This document shows, in pieces, positions 11,480 through 23,478 of a stretch of 64,000 nt of DNA. Every line of letters starts with the position of its first letter. Position 1 is the first letter of the stretch. The stretch is taken from NCBI GenBank assembly GCA_000004695.1, contig CM000150.2:416001-480000 (forward strand), in the 5' to 3' direction. The notes below the pieces were generated by a model. That model searched no databases. It saw nothing but the letters and a program-made list of their open reading frames with translations, and was not told the DNA's origin. The DNA is from Dictyostelium discoideum (lineage: Eukaryota). Made by a program: the position numbers and the translations under genes.

Positions 11480-11758
11480 GAAAAAAAATTATTTTAAATA
11501 ATTTTAAATAAATAAAAAAAAAACAATCAATATTTTAATGTTTACTATGAAGCATTAAAAAAAACGCCATCAATATTTTAGTGCATATCTTTTCAAAATT
11601 TTTAAAAAAAAACGAGCAAAATCTTGGTGTAAATGAATTCATTTTTTTTATTTTTTTTATTTTTCTTTGAAATATCTTTTGATGCTAAAAATACCAAACC
11701 AATCATGATTTATTCTAAAAAATTTTGAACATTTTATTTTATTTAATTTTATTTTTTT

Positions 11759-11821
<63 letters not shown>

Positions 11822-11852
11822 GCAAGAAACGATTAATTAAATAATTAAAAGA

Positions 11853-13187
11853 ATGAAATATTTGGTTACTATATTTTTATTATTTATTTTGTTCTCAATA
11901 ATTAAATGTCAACCTCCAAGATGTTTATACAGTGATATTTATGCAAAATCACCACACCCAAACTTAAAACCCTCTGTAAATTATGTTAATTGGTGGATTT
12001 ATGAACATTTTAATGATGCTGGTTATGGTGGTTCATCTTTTTATACAGATAGTAATTTAAAGGACCTAAATGAAAAAATTTTTGAATTGAGCGATTATAA
12101 TATGAGAGATCAAAACCAGGTATCTCCAATTACTCAAACATTCAGTCAAGTGAATGATCTTCTATTTTCAAGTATTTCTTACAATAATGCTTTTGATGAC
12201 GATTACTCAAAAGGAAGTGCACATGAAAAAGGATTTTTTATTTGGAACGAACAAGGTGGTATTCATGTTATTCATAGTATTCCAAAAACACCTCAAAAAA
12301 TGAATGATTTCTTTTTACATACCTCCAAAGATAATTATTTACAACATTCAATTTGTATTACATTGTCACAAGCTGAATTAGATATTATTCCTAAATATTT
12401 GATTTATACCAACCCTGCAATTGCAACAATAAATTCTAAAAAGATTACTGGTTCAATCATAAGTTCTTTAACAGAAGAAAGTATAACAGGTGTTAATAAT
12501 GTTAACAAAAACGATACATTTGATACAGTAACAGATATTGAAATTGGAGATACGGAACAGTTTACAGAAATCGATACAATTATTCAGGATAATTTTATTG
12601 TAGGTCCAACTCTCCCAAGAATTATTAAAATTCTACAATGGGCTAAATTGGTATGTATAATTATTTTTATTATTGTTTATTTTATAGTTGTAAATTATAC
12701 TCACTCAAATTATACCACTTTTTGTATTTCCCAGGCTAATCATGTCGCTGGAAATATTGATTTTTCATCAGATCCAAATTTTCCAAGCTATCATTATTAT
12801 AGAGCAAAGCAACATTCATTTGGTGAATACTTTGTTCAAACTCCAATACCAGAAAAGAAAAATATTATTGCTGGATCCTCTCAGTATAACTTGGCAAGAA
12901 TGAATAACATTGAAATTTTATGGCAATACATCGGTAAATATTACGGTAGTATTTCAAAATGGATGTCTCAAACAATGACTACAAATAAAGGATTTGCTAA
13001 TAATGTAGTTACTGGTACAACTTTCTCATTAACATTTAGGCTCAATTATCCATTCCTAAATAACCATCAACAAAGAAGTGCCTCAAAAGATCATTCAAAG
13101 TTCATGTATGGTACCAGTAACAATGGTCAACAAAAAATCTTTTGTATAGGTGGTTTAAATTGGCAAAGAGCTCAAGGTAGGATAAAA

Positions 13188-13266
<79 letters not shown>

Positions 13267-14458
13267 TATATATTATATATTATATATTATATTATTTATT
13301 ATTTATTATTACTAATTAATCGTTAATTTGAATATTTTTATTGATACAATACACTTCATAATTAGAATCAAGAGGAGGGGCAGCTTTTTGCATGAATGGT
13401 ATTGGTTATTTAGTTGATTATATGGAAAGACATGTATCATGGACAAGAAAAGGAATAGCCCAAAATCAAGTAAAATCTGGTGTCCCACAATCAACAGTAG
13501 GAACTGAAATAGACTTTTCTTGGATAAAGGATCAATTGAACATCCAAAATCTAGATATTCCCATGGGATTCGAAATTTTAATACCAACAACACAAAATCC
13601 ACTTCCAAAAAGAGTTATTGAACCAGCACAATCAAATTATAAAACCAAAAATGCTCCACTCCTTGTTGAACCTGTGCAGACACCATTAGGTGCATTAGTA
13701 GGTTATAAAACTGAGGCAATTTCAATTGATGTTTTCCCAAGTGTAAAAGATAAAGTACATATATGTCTACAATCATCCCAATGTCCGTATGAATTATCAG
13801 CTAAATCTAATATCATTTCAAATATTAATCTTATTGTTACTCCTTATCAATTAAACTCAGAATCAGAACCTGTTATGACAATTTCCTCCAATGCAAACCC
13901 TGCTATTTCTGTTTCACAAGTATTGAAGAATAATTATTTCTCTTCTATGGCCACTGAAAAAATAATTCAACTAAATGGTAATAATTTTGGAGTTTATTTA
14001 CAAAAGACTCAACAAACTCTAGGTGATTTTAAATTTAAATTTCCACAATCAAGTATCAATACCCCTTGTACTATTTCACCAATAGGTAGTAATATTATTT
14101 CAATTATGTTTCATGAAACTTGTGTTGATCAACTTATATTTTGCTTATTTAGTCATTTCCACATGTATTCAATTAATAATATACCAGTGTTTATGGTAGA
14201 TGACCAAGCTTCATTTTATAATGATGTTACCCAAATTCTTGTAAGATAATATTCAGTTACAAATATAAAATGCACAAAACTTTTTGATCATTACATTCTA
14301 ATACCATTATTAATTTTTTTAAATAGAATGAATTCTTTCCAAACATTCCAGATATCAGTAGATGTGTTGAACAACCACCTTCGCCTGGAACTGCAATGAC
14401 TGATAACGATGAAATTGATGAATTGATGGGATCTCAGGCCATGACTGATGAAATTTAA
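11853..14458 (+). CDS. Deoxyribonuclease II (DNase II) family protein with a long C-terminal extension. Four exons: 11853..12650, 12735..13176, 13375..14240, 14327..14458.
   Basis: N-terminal signal peptide (MKYLVTIFLLFILFSIIKC). The first DNase II catalytic motif 'SAHEKGFFIWNEQGGIHVIHSIPKTP' corresponds to human '[25 protein letters not shown]'. The second motif 'SASKDHSKFMYG...GGLNWQRAQG|GAAFC' corresponds to human 'EDHSKW...QRGGGTLC'. Splice sites: GTATGT(12651)..CAG(12734), phase 0, an in-frame 84-nt intron. GTAGG(13177)..AG(13374), phase 1, through an (ATT)n tract. GTAAGA(14241)..AATAG(14326), phase 0. The last exon ends in an acidic tail 'DNDEIDELMGSQAMTDEI*'. Confidence 0.7.
13186..13262. 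repeat. (ATT)n microsatellite of about 25 units inside intron 2 of the DNase II-like gene. It produces the spurious poly-Tyr tail of the six-frame ORF 11853..13319.
   Basis: Direct reading. Confidence 0.9.
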
Positions 14459-14689
14459 AAAATTAATAATCAAAAAAAAACACTGTTTTTAAAAAAAAAA
14501 AAAATAATAAAAAAAAAATCTAAAAAAATTGAATCACGATATGGTATCTGTATTGTTTATGGCTTGATTTAAAATTTGTGGTAAATCTTTGACCTTAGGA
14601 TTCTATTTTAATTTCCAAAAAAAAAAAAGTAATATCAAATTGAATTTTTAAATGACAAATGATAGTATTTTATTTTTTAATTGTAAATT

Positions 14690-15790
14690 ATTCTTTTTCA
14701 ATACAAACTTTAACTTTGTATTGGATTTGATGAAGGATGATCCAGATTTATCATTATAACAAATAAGGGTATTATTATATGCATAGTTAAATTCTACTTC
14801 TCCTGGATAACAGGCAAGTTTATTTGATGCAGAGTTGAATTCTGTGATAATTGTTTGATTGGTAATTACAATTGGCTCTACTTCGGATGGTGGAACTTCA
14901 AAGCATGCATGAATAATCTGAAGCTTTTACCAATGAATTCTTTGAGCATGATGAATATTTATTGTAACTATAGCATTCTACATTATTAATGAATGAATGT
15001 TCAGGTTCACCGCCATCACTAACACATTCAACAATGTTTGATTGGGTTTCGCTATTTGAACAGAAAATAGTAGAATTATGATTGTATGAATATTCATTGA
15101 ATCCATCTTTACAATAGATTGGACTATTTTGACCATAGAATATCATTGATTTTTCATTGGCATTGTATTCACATTTTAATGAACTTGAAACTTTTGAAAC
15201 TGTTGAAATAGAGAATTTATAGTCAATGCAGATTTTGAACGAACACCACAATTAATTTCAGTTACAAAGTTGGTTGTATTACATTTAATACCATTATTAT
15301 TAGCATCAATTTGACAAGTGATTGATTTGTTGAAATTGAAACTAAAATTATTATTATCAATACATGTTACAGTTTCATTGAATTGATTATCAATTGTAAA
15401 GATACGATCATTATGATTAATTGAGAAAAATACTGCAGAGTAAGGTGTTGAAGCAATTGATAAAAGATTGGATGTTGGTACTGGTGCTGTTGATGATGAT
15501 AATAGGTTTCCACCCATTGATGATTTTGTTACCACCAATGCTAAAGCTATAGTTGATACACGTTTAATACCATTCTTTGCAACCTGAGTTACAACTCTTC
15601 TTGTTACCTCTGCGAACCCAAATTGTAATGATTTCTCTAATGCTCCTGAAAATGATGCTGTAGATGCTAATATTGAACCAGATTGAGCTGCTGTTGCAGA
15701 TGTTGCAGATGTTGCAAATGCTATTTGTGTAAGTGGTAAAGCAGTTGATGCTAATAATGCTGCTGCAACCAAAGATTAAGATTTGTTCAT
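14690..15790 (-). pseudogene. Decayed member of the secreted Cys-rich family seen at 596-1778 and 4108-5374
   Basis: On the minus strand, ATG(15790-15788) AAC AAA TCT TAA gives 'MNKS*', immediately followed in frame by 'SLVAAALLASTALPLTQIAFA' (signal-peptide-like). So a nonsense codon sits at codon 5. Coding-like sequence then continues through three different frames (15772-15176, 15251-14898 and about 14890-14690) with no GT..AG introns to reconcile them. Segment 2 '...GQNSPIYCKDGFNEYSYNHNSTIFCSNSE...' is clearly homologous to '...NSPIYCESNENGLFINSTELIVCTGNG...' of the 4108-5374 gene. Confidence 0.6.
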
Positions 15791-15828
15791 TTTGTAATAA
15801 TGGGCCAATATTCTATAAGAATCTAATT

Positions 15829-15873
15829 ATGAAGACAGTTTCAAATTATTTGGCATCTGCTTTGGTTTCAATT

Positions 15874-15938
<65 letters not shown>

Positions 15939-16137
15939 AAACAACAACAATAACAGCAACAACAACAATAACAACAATAATTCAATTTTCATCTCTGATG
16001 ATTTATATAAAGAATTACCTTGTTTTAAATCCAAAGCAATCAATTATATAAATTTATTTGATTACTTTGAAAACGATTGTAATTTCCCATTGAATAATTA
16101 TAATTTAACCTTTGATTTTTCAAATTATTTAGAATAG
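15829..16137 (+). CDS. Possible small ORF (about 100 aa): hydrophobic N-terminus MKTVSNYLASALVSII, a poly-Asn run, then a Cys-containing tail
   Basis: Open frame with an ATG at 15829. It overlaps the 5' end of the pseudogene on the opposite strand. Nothing recognisable beyond composition. Confidence 0.15.
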
Positions 16138-17099
16138 TTTAAACTATATAATAATCGTGGTGAAAATAATTAAAAAAAATTGCAGAAACAAAGAAAAAAA
16201 AAAAAAAAAAAAAAAAACAATAATAATAAATAATAAAAAGTGAATTTAATTTACATTTATTTTGGTTTGTTGATAATATATATTTTTATTTTTTATTTTT
16301 TATTTTTTATTTTTTATTTTTTTTTTAATGTAAATGTATATAGTTTCTTCTATTAATTAATTATTTCTATAAATTATCTGATCAGTTTCTTTTTATATTT
16401 TAAATAAAATACCCACATCACAGCTTATCTGTATGTTTAGTTATTGTTTAAATCAAAAATTTTTTTTTTTATAACTATTCAAAACCAAAAAAATTATACT
16501 TTTCAAATTAACTTAGTAAATGACAATAATATTTTTAATAAAAAAAAAAGTAAAAATAAAGAAATTTATGATTTAGTTTAATAAAGTTAACAATGAATTA
16601 AAATTATTTATTTATTTATTCATATATTTATTTATTTATTGACCTGAAGTGATTTGGGGCCATGGTTGAATTCAATAGTTGTCATTGTGTTGTTCTTGTG
16701 TTTATACCTTTACCTGTAGTGATATTTGAGTAAGTTCTACTGTTTATTGTTTTTGTATTTACATTATTAAAAGATTGAAAATCTTGATTTTACCCAATCA
16801 CTAGTGATAGTGCTGCGCTACCAAATCTAATACAATATTATTGAATTCGATTTTGAAAAATTTTCTAAAATCTACCACCTAAACTATTACTAATATCCAC
16901 AATTTTCTCTTCTTATACACAACCAATACTATTTCCATCAATAGAATTTAAACTTGATAAACTTATTGAATTGGTTGTTGACCCCACTGCTGCTGCTGCT
17001 GTTGTTGTTGTTGTTGTTGATGCTACTGTTGCTGCTGCTGTTGTTGTTGGTTGTGCTTCTGTTACTAATAAATTTGTAATAATTGGTACAAAGGAAATT

Positions 17100-17400
17100 A
17101 TCAATATTATTGGTGATTAACAATTGAGAAGGTGGCCACTAATTCTACATATGGCGAGTACAATGGCCAGGTGGATGAATAGAACAAAAAGTAAGGTATA
17201 CCCAGAACGACAATCAGAATCAACGGGCACAAATAGTTTTCAGCTTTTTGTTTTAGTTTACATCGTGGATGAGCATAACATTACGCATGTGTTAAACTCT
17301 GGTGGATTATCAAAGAAACCAATGGATGTATACATTGTTACAACTGACAGGGGCGACTGGATTTAAAGAATATCAAGCATTGATTCATGAGCTGTAATTG
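17100..17400. other. Roughly 300-bp island of markedly higher G+C (about 40-45%) in an AT-rich intergenic region, of unknown nature (candidate ncRNA or relic of a mobile element)
   Basis: Sequence such as 'ggtggccactaattctacatatggcgagtacaatggccaggtggatgaatagaac...caacgggcacaaatag...tggatgagcataacattacgcatgtg...actgacaggggcgactggattt' is unlike the surrounding DNA. Its only ORF (17124-17366) encodes a W/R-rich peptide that is not Dictyostelium-like. Confidence 0.3.
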
Positions 17401-18271
17401 TTTTGATTGGTGGTAATTTTGTATCGATACAAAATTCACATAATTTTTCATGGTTCTATAGAACCAAACTACCTTCTAAATTTAATAAACATTCATAAAA
17501 ATTCTTTTTTTTTTTTTTTCTTTTGATCTTTTTCTTTATCAGAGATTAAAATTAGTTAGTTATACTCCAAACCATTATTATTATTATTTATTTTGTTTAT
17601 TTCATTGTATTTTATAAAAAATTATTAAAAAAAAAAAGAAAAAAAAAAGAAAAAAAAAAATGGTATTAATAAACCCAAAAAAAAAAAAAAAAAAAAAAAA
17701 CTTTCAACAACAATTTTCAAAAGAATGAGGTAATTAAATAAAAATTATTATTTTATATTAATTAAATATACATTTTTTATATTAATTTTTTTTTATTATT
17801 TTTTTTTTTATTTTTTTTTTTTCAGTATCAAAATGAGAATTTAAAATTTTAAATCGAGGAAATTCCAAATGAATTTGTAATTCAAAACCTCAAAAAATAA
17901 ATAATAATAACAATAATAATAATAAAATATTACCAAATTATGTTTCTATACAAATAATTAAACCAATATTATATTCGTATTTATTATTAAATAATAAAAA
18001 TAATAATAATTGTAATGAAAATAATAATAAATATTATGAAGTTAAAAATTATTCTAATAATATCAATGAAATTATTAAATTATCATAAGTATCAAAAGAT
18101 TGGTTTAAAATTATATCAAATTTAATTAGTGATAATATTATTAATAATAATAGATTAGAATATTGGTTTAATAAATCTTAATATTAATAATAATAATTAT
18201 AATAATTTTAATAATAATAATTATAATAATATTGAATTTAATTCAATTTCATATACATCAATAAAGATTTT

Positions 18272-19689
18272 ATGGAAGGTGAAGTTCAATTTAAAATGGA
18301 GATTAATTATGATTTTTCAATTATTAAAATTTCAAATGAAATCAGTAAAGAATATTTTAATCAACAAGTATTATGTTTATATGATTTAGATTGTAAAATT
18401 TTAGAAAACCTTGGTGAATTAGAAAAACAAGGTAAATTAAAATATAGAAAGATTTTAATTAAATATTATTTAATTTTATTTGATGATGATGATGAATATT
18501 TCGTACCAGTATTTTTTAAAGGTATTCAGGAAGGATGGTTTAAAAAGGATGGTTTATTAGATTTAACTTCATCATCCGGTAATTGTATAATTTGAAGTTT
18601 GTTCTAGTAATTTCTTTGATGCCGATTATGTAAATCCACCATCAAATATAATGCAATATTATTTTAATAGAACAACACCCTATATACCAAAACATTATTT
18701 TACAAATTTCTATTGTGGCGCACTAGAATATATTTATCAAAATCAATATAAAAAATCGTACGATTTAAATTTAGATATTCTAGCGGAAACAATTTTTTCA
18801 AAAAATATTAAATATAGATCAATTATTAATAAAAGAAATCCACAATTAAATAATACACATACAAATTCATTTATTCTATTTAGTATTTGTAATGAAAATA
18901 ATAAACAAATTGAATCAATTAAAATTTATAGATATTTCGTTGAACCATTTAGTTTGGTTTCAATTAAAAAATTTGAAAAATTACATACATTAGTTATACC
19001 AACTCAATTTCATCATTTAATTGGATTATCATTAGATAAAGATGATGCATGTTGTATTGGTGTTAAAAAATTTACATCAATTTTCATAAATGGTGTTACT
19101 GATTATTTTCAATCAATGATAAAATCATTAAATTCAAGTAAATCATTAAGAAATTTAACAAATAAAAATTGGTGTGAAAATTAAATTTGTATTTTTGAAA
19201 AGTATTGTAGCGATTTAAATTATGGTGATGATAAATTTCAATCATTTTTAAATGATATTAAACCATTTTCAAATGGTAATAAATCATTTTTATCATCAAC
19301 ATCATCAACATCAGGTATAGAATATTTTAAAATTAAAAATTTTGGTATTTTAATTTCAAATGATACATTCTCAGAATTGAATAATAAATCAATTAAAACT
19401 TTAGTATTAGATGATGATTGTATTTTTACATTTTCAAAACCATATCAATTTCAATTTTATAGAAATCATCATTATAATATAATTCAATATTTATTTGAAA
19501 ATATTTTCAATAAAGAATTATCAATAATTAAATATTTTAAATTCTCATTAGCTCATACATATTGTTTAAAACCAATATTTCAATCAATTTTAAATAATAT
19601 TGAAACAATTCAATTATATTCAATAACAATAAAAACAATTGAAAAATGAATCAATTTTAGATGAAATTATTAATCTTTCAAATAAAATT

Positions 19690-19720
<31 letters not shown>

Positions 19721-19920
19721 CAAAAAATTTAATTGAATTTAAAATATATGTTAGAATGTATCAATGTAGATATGATTTTAAAAAAAATGAAAAAATTAAA
19801 CAATATCAATCATTATTAAATTATAAAATATATAATAATGGTAAAAGTAATTGTCAATTTGCAATTTCAATTAAAAATCATTTAGATAGAGATTTACTTT
19901 TAAAATCTATTTATGATTAA
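18272..19920 (+). pseudogene. Protein-coding gene of about 1.65 kb (about 550 aa, no recognisable family) interrupted by two 1-nt homopolymer frameshifts and one in-frame TAA. It is either a pseudogene or a sequence-error-affected gene.
   Basis: Four consecutive ORFs (18272-18595, 18651-19184, 19377-19649, 19639-19920) have uniform Dictyostelium-like composition. ORF1 and ORF2 fuse if one T is added to the TTT run at 18591-18593. ORF2 and ORF3 are in the same frame, separated only by TAA at 19182-19184. ORF3 and ORF4 fuse if one A is removed from the A5 run at 19642-19646. No GT..AG introns explain the shifts. Confidence 0.5.
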
Positions 19921-20025
19921 AAATAAATAAAAAATAAAAATAAAAATAAATAAAAAATAAAATAAAAAATAAAATAAAATAAATAAATAAAAAAATATGA
20001 GTTTTTTAAAGAATTTCATTTTTAT

Positions 20026-21354
20026 TTAAAAGAAAAAGAAAAAAAAACAAATTAATAATAATATAATAAAAGTATAATTATTTGTATTTAATTTAGAATT
20101 TGAATTATTTTTATCAGAATTTTCATTATCTTGATTATTTTTTGGTTTTAATTCATTATTTGATGAATTATTTGAAGTATTATTATTATTACTATCATTA
20201 TTTTCATCAGCACTACTATTATTATCTTGACTAATTTCATCATTACTTATATCTTTTGGTTTAATTGGTTTTAAAGTTAAATCATCAGTATCATTATATG
20301 TACCATTTCTAGATTCTAAATTATAATTTAAAAAATAATTATTTTCTAAACTTGTTGAATTTGTAATTATACATTTTAGGGAATCTGGTAATTTACAACC
20401 ACCAAATTCAAAACGAAGACAACGAGAATAGAAACAAACTGCATGTTGTTGACAATTTTTCATAACACAACTATTGGCATTGGTTTCATGAATACCATTG
20501 ATATCATTAACTACTGAGCATTGACTACCTTTTAAACATTGTTGTAGGTTTGTATAAAGTTTTGAACAAGTTGCATCAATATTAAATTTAGAATTACATG
20601 TAGAATTGGAAGATTTACCTGAACATTCACATTCTTGCCAAAACGTGTCACAATCTTTATTGGATTTACATGTTTGTTTACCATTAACCATCTCGGCACA
20701 ACTTGACACTAGGCCACTTGTGGTGGGGCAGTATAGCCCACCCTCCATATCACACTCGCCAAATTGCGTAGCGTAGCAAGATTGGCCAATGGATTTCGAG
20801 AATAATGGAACACACTTACCTTGTAAATAATTTGATCTGCCATCTTCCATACCGCAAATAGCGTCTTGTGTACATTGGTCAACTTTGAATAAACAGTCTG
20901 CACCCATTGGTAATCTTTGTACACACTGATTGAATTTGTTACAATAACTATTGGAATCACAATCTTCATTCATTGAACAGTTGTTGAGTTTCTTTAATTT
21001 ACAAATTCCTTTAGTGCATAATAAACTACCTAAACATTCAGAACTTGATAAACATCTTTCACCAAGTCCATATAATTTCGATGGTTTACAAACTCTATAT
21101 TGACCTTGATTAATACATTTAAATCCTAATGAACATTCTTTATTACTATTACATCTACCATCTTCTAATTTACCTTCAACACATAATCCACTATTACCAC
21201 AATAAAATCCTGGTGAACATTCTTTTTGACTTTTACCACATTTTGCACCTTTAATACCACATTTATAATCATTTGAACAAATTTCTCCTCCAAATGATAT
21301 TTTAATTTTAAAAATTGTTAAAATTATTAAAATTAATAATAATTTTAATTTCAT
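20026..21354 (-). CDS. Secreted Cys-rich protein (442 aa) made of repeated 6-8-Cys modules (Dickkopf-N/colipase-like spacing), an Asn/Ser/Asp-rich acidic tail and a hydrophobic C-terminus
   Basis: Single 1329-nt ORF. Signal peptide MKLKLLLILIILTIFKIKISFG. Reiterated C-x(4-6)-C-x(4-8)-C...G-x-C modules (e.g. CSNDYKCGIKGAKCGKSQKECSPGFYCGNSGLCVEGK). C-terminal 'FIILLLICFFFFFF'. Confidence 0.75.
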   Translation of the reverse strand: MKLKLLLILIILTIFKIKISFGGEICSNDYKCGIKGAKCGKSQKECSPGFYCGNSGLCVEGKLEDGRCNSNKECSLGFKCINQGQYRVCKPSKLYGLGERCLSSSECLGSLLCTKGICKLKKLNNCSMNEDCDSNSYCNKFNQCVQRLPMGADCLFKVDQCTQDAICGMEDGRSNYLQGKCVPLFSKSIGQSCYATQFGECDMEGGLYCPTTSGLVSSCAEMVNGKQTCKSNKDCDTFWQECECSGKSSNSTCNSKFNIDATCSKLYTNLQQCLKGSQCSVVNDINGIHETNANSCVMKNCQQHAVCFYSRCLRFEFGGCKLPDSLKCIITNSTSLENNYFLNYNLESRNGTYNDTDDLTLKPIKPKDISNDEISQDNNSSADENNDSNNNNTSNNSSNNELKPKNNQDNENSDKNNSNSKLNTNNYTFIILLLICFFFFFF

Positions 21355-21473
21355 TTTTTTTTTTTTTTTTTTAATTTTTTATTTATTTATTATTATTTAT
21401 TATTATTGTTTATTGTTTATTGTTTATTGTTTATTATTTTTTATTAAAAAAATATAAAAAAATTTTATTTATA

Positions 21474-21516
<43 letters not shown>

Positions 21517-21953
21517 GAATGAAAATATAAAACAAATAATATTAAAATTATATTAAATAAAAAATTATCAATTTTTATATAAATCATCATTTTCAAAAAT
21601 TATTTTTATAAAAAAAATTTAAACAAATAAAAAAATAAATAAATAAAAAATCTAAAAGATATATAAAATTGTGATTGGAATAGGGAAAATAAAATGAAAA
21701 TGAAAAAAATAAAAAAAAAAAAAAAATTGTTTAGATAGAGAAAAAAAAAAAAAAAAAATGAATAAAAAGAGAAAGAGGAGGTCATTGCAAATTATTGTGA
21801 TAATTTTACAATTTATGAAAATTCAAAAATATTTCTTCAATTTTCATTTTTTAATTTTGGTAATATGTGTGTGTGTGTGTGTATGTGGTGTGGGATTTTC
21901 ATAATTTATTTTTTTTATATCTTTTTTTTATTTTTTTCTTTTCTTTTTTCTTT

Positions 21954-21992
<39 letters not shown>

Positions 21993-22777
21993 CCCCCATT
22001 GATTTTTAACCCATACATATAAATAAATAAATAAAATCTCATTTTTAAAAAATGAAGAATAATAAAAAAATAAAAAATAAAAATTATTTTTAAAAATAGT
22101 ATAAAAGAAATAATATATTTTTGATTGGTTTTACATTATTATTATCGGGGTTCTTTTGTTTTTTTTTTTTTATTATTATTTTTTTTTTTTATTATTATTC
22201 TTATTTATATTTATATTTATATTGTTTTTTATATATTTATTGTTCTGTAGTAAGTCTAAAAAATAAAGAATTAATTTGATCTATCCTTTTGAAATCATTT
22301 TCTTTATCTGTTTGAAATTTAAGGTTCACTGTATCATTGGTAACTTTTAAAACAACTTTTCCTTCTACATGTCTAAATTTAAATGAAAATCTGGTCTATA
22401 TGTAATTAAATATAATATAAAATAATTTTATAGGTTTGTTTATAAAATTAATAAACCAAAGTTTAACCAATACAATATATTTAAGTAAATTATATTTATT
22501 TATAATTATATATTATTTTAATATAATTAAATAAATACCCTTTTTGGATCAGTTCTATATAATTGCTCTGATTTATCATAAAATTCATCCCAATCTTCAA
22601 TATACATTTTATTTACAAATTATATATTTATTTTTATAAATATTTAAGTTGAAATTTTGTGAAAAACAATAAAAATAAAATAAAATAAAAAAAAAAATAA
22701 AATTGAAAAAAAAAAAAATAAAAAAAAAAAAAAGTGAAAAAAAAAAAAAAGGTTAGGATAAGGGAGTTTGTCTTTTT

Positions 22778-22808
<31 letters not shown>

Positions 22809-22944
22809 TTCTATTTTCCCTTTAAATATTTTATTATAAATTGAACTATTTTTTTTTTTTTAATCATTCAAAATAATTACAATAATAAATTTTACCATTA
22901 AAATTTTATTTCCATAAAAACTAATAAAAATATTGTAATAATAA

Positions 22945-23028
22945 ATAAAATAAAATAAAATAAAATAGAATAAAATAAAATAAAATAAAATAAAATAAAA
23001 TAAAATAAAATAAAATAAAATAAAATAA
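22945..23028. repeat. (TAAAA)n microsatellite of about 17 units, about 110 bp upstream of the FAD-oxidase start codon
   Basis: Direct reading. Confidence 0.9.
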
Positions 23029-23136
23029 CCTTTTTGTATTTTTAATAATAAAAAAAAAAAAAAAACCATAAACATGTATTAAAAAAAAAAAAAAAAAAAA
23101 ATAATAATAATTAAATAATATTTTTTAAAAAATAAA

Positions 23137-23430
23137 ATGAAATTAAATAATATTTTATTATTTTTATCATTTGTATTAATTACTATTAATCAAATTTCAA
23201 TAACTCAAGCTGTCCAATGTGTTGATTATAATAATCCAAATTATTATAGATTTATTAATCCATTAATGAATAATAGAGCATACTGTTATATTAAACCAAC
23301 GAATGCTTCTGAAATTAGTGATGCAATTTTATATGCACAAAGTATTAATAGAGGTGTAAGTTTTTATTTTTTTTTTTTTTATAAAATCTTTTTATTATTT
23401 TTTTAAAATTTAAATTCAATTAATTAATTA

Positions 23431-23478
<48 letters not shown>

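Noticed and set aside
11853-13319. Six-frame ORF reading continuously through 12651-12734 and into an (ATT)n-encoded poly-Tyr tail
   Set aside because: The 84-nt stretch is an in-frame phase-0 intron (GTATGT...CAG, more than 85% AT, hydrophobic nonsense translation). The poly-Tyr tail is the (ATT)25 microsatellite of the next intron. The DNase II motifs are only continuous in the spliced model.
16913-17104. 63-codon ORF with a signal-peptide-like start and a Thr/Ala-rich body
   Set aside because: The Thr/Ala run is encoded by a (GTT/GCT)n-type repeat, and the ORF abuts the unexplained GC-rich island. It could be a real small secreted peptide, but the evidence is compositional only.
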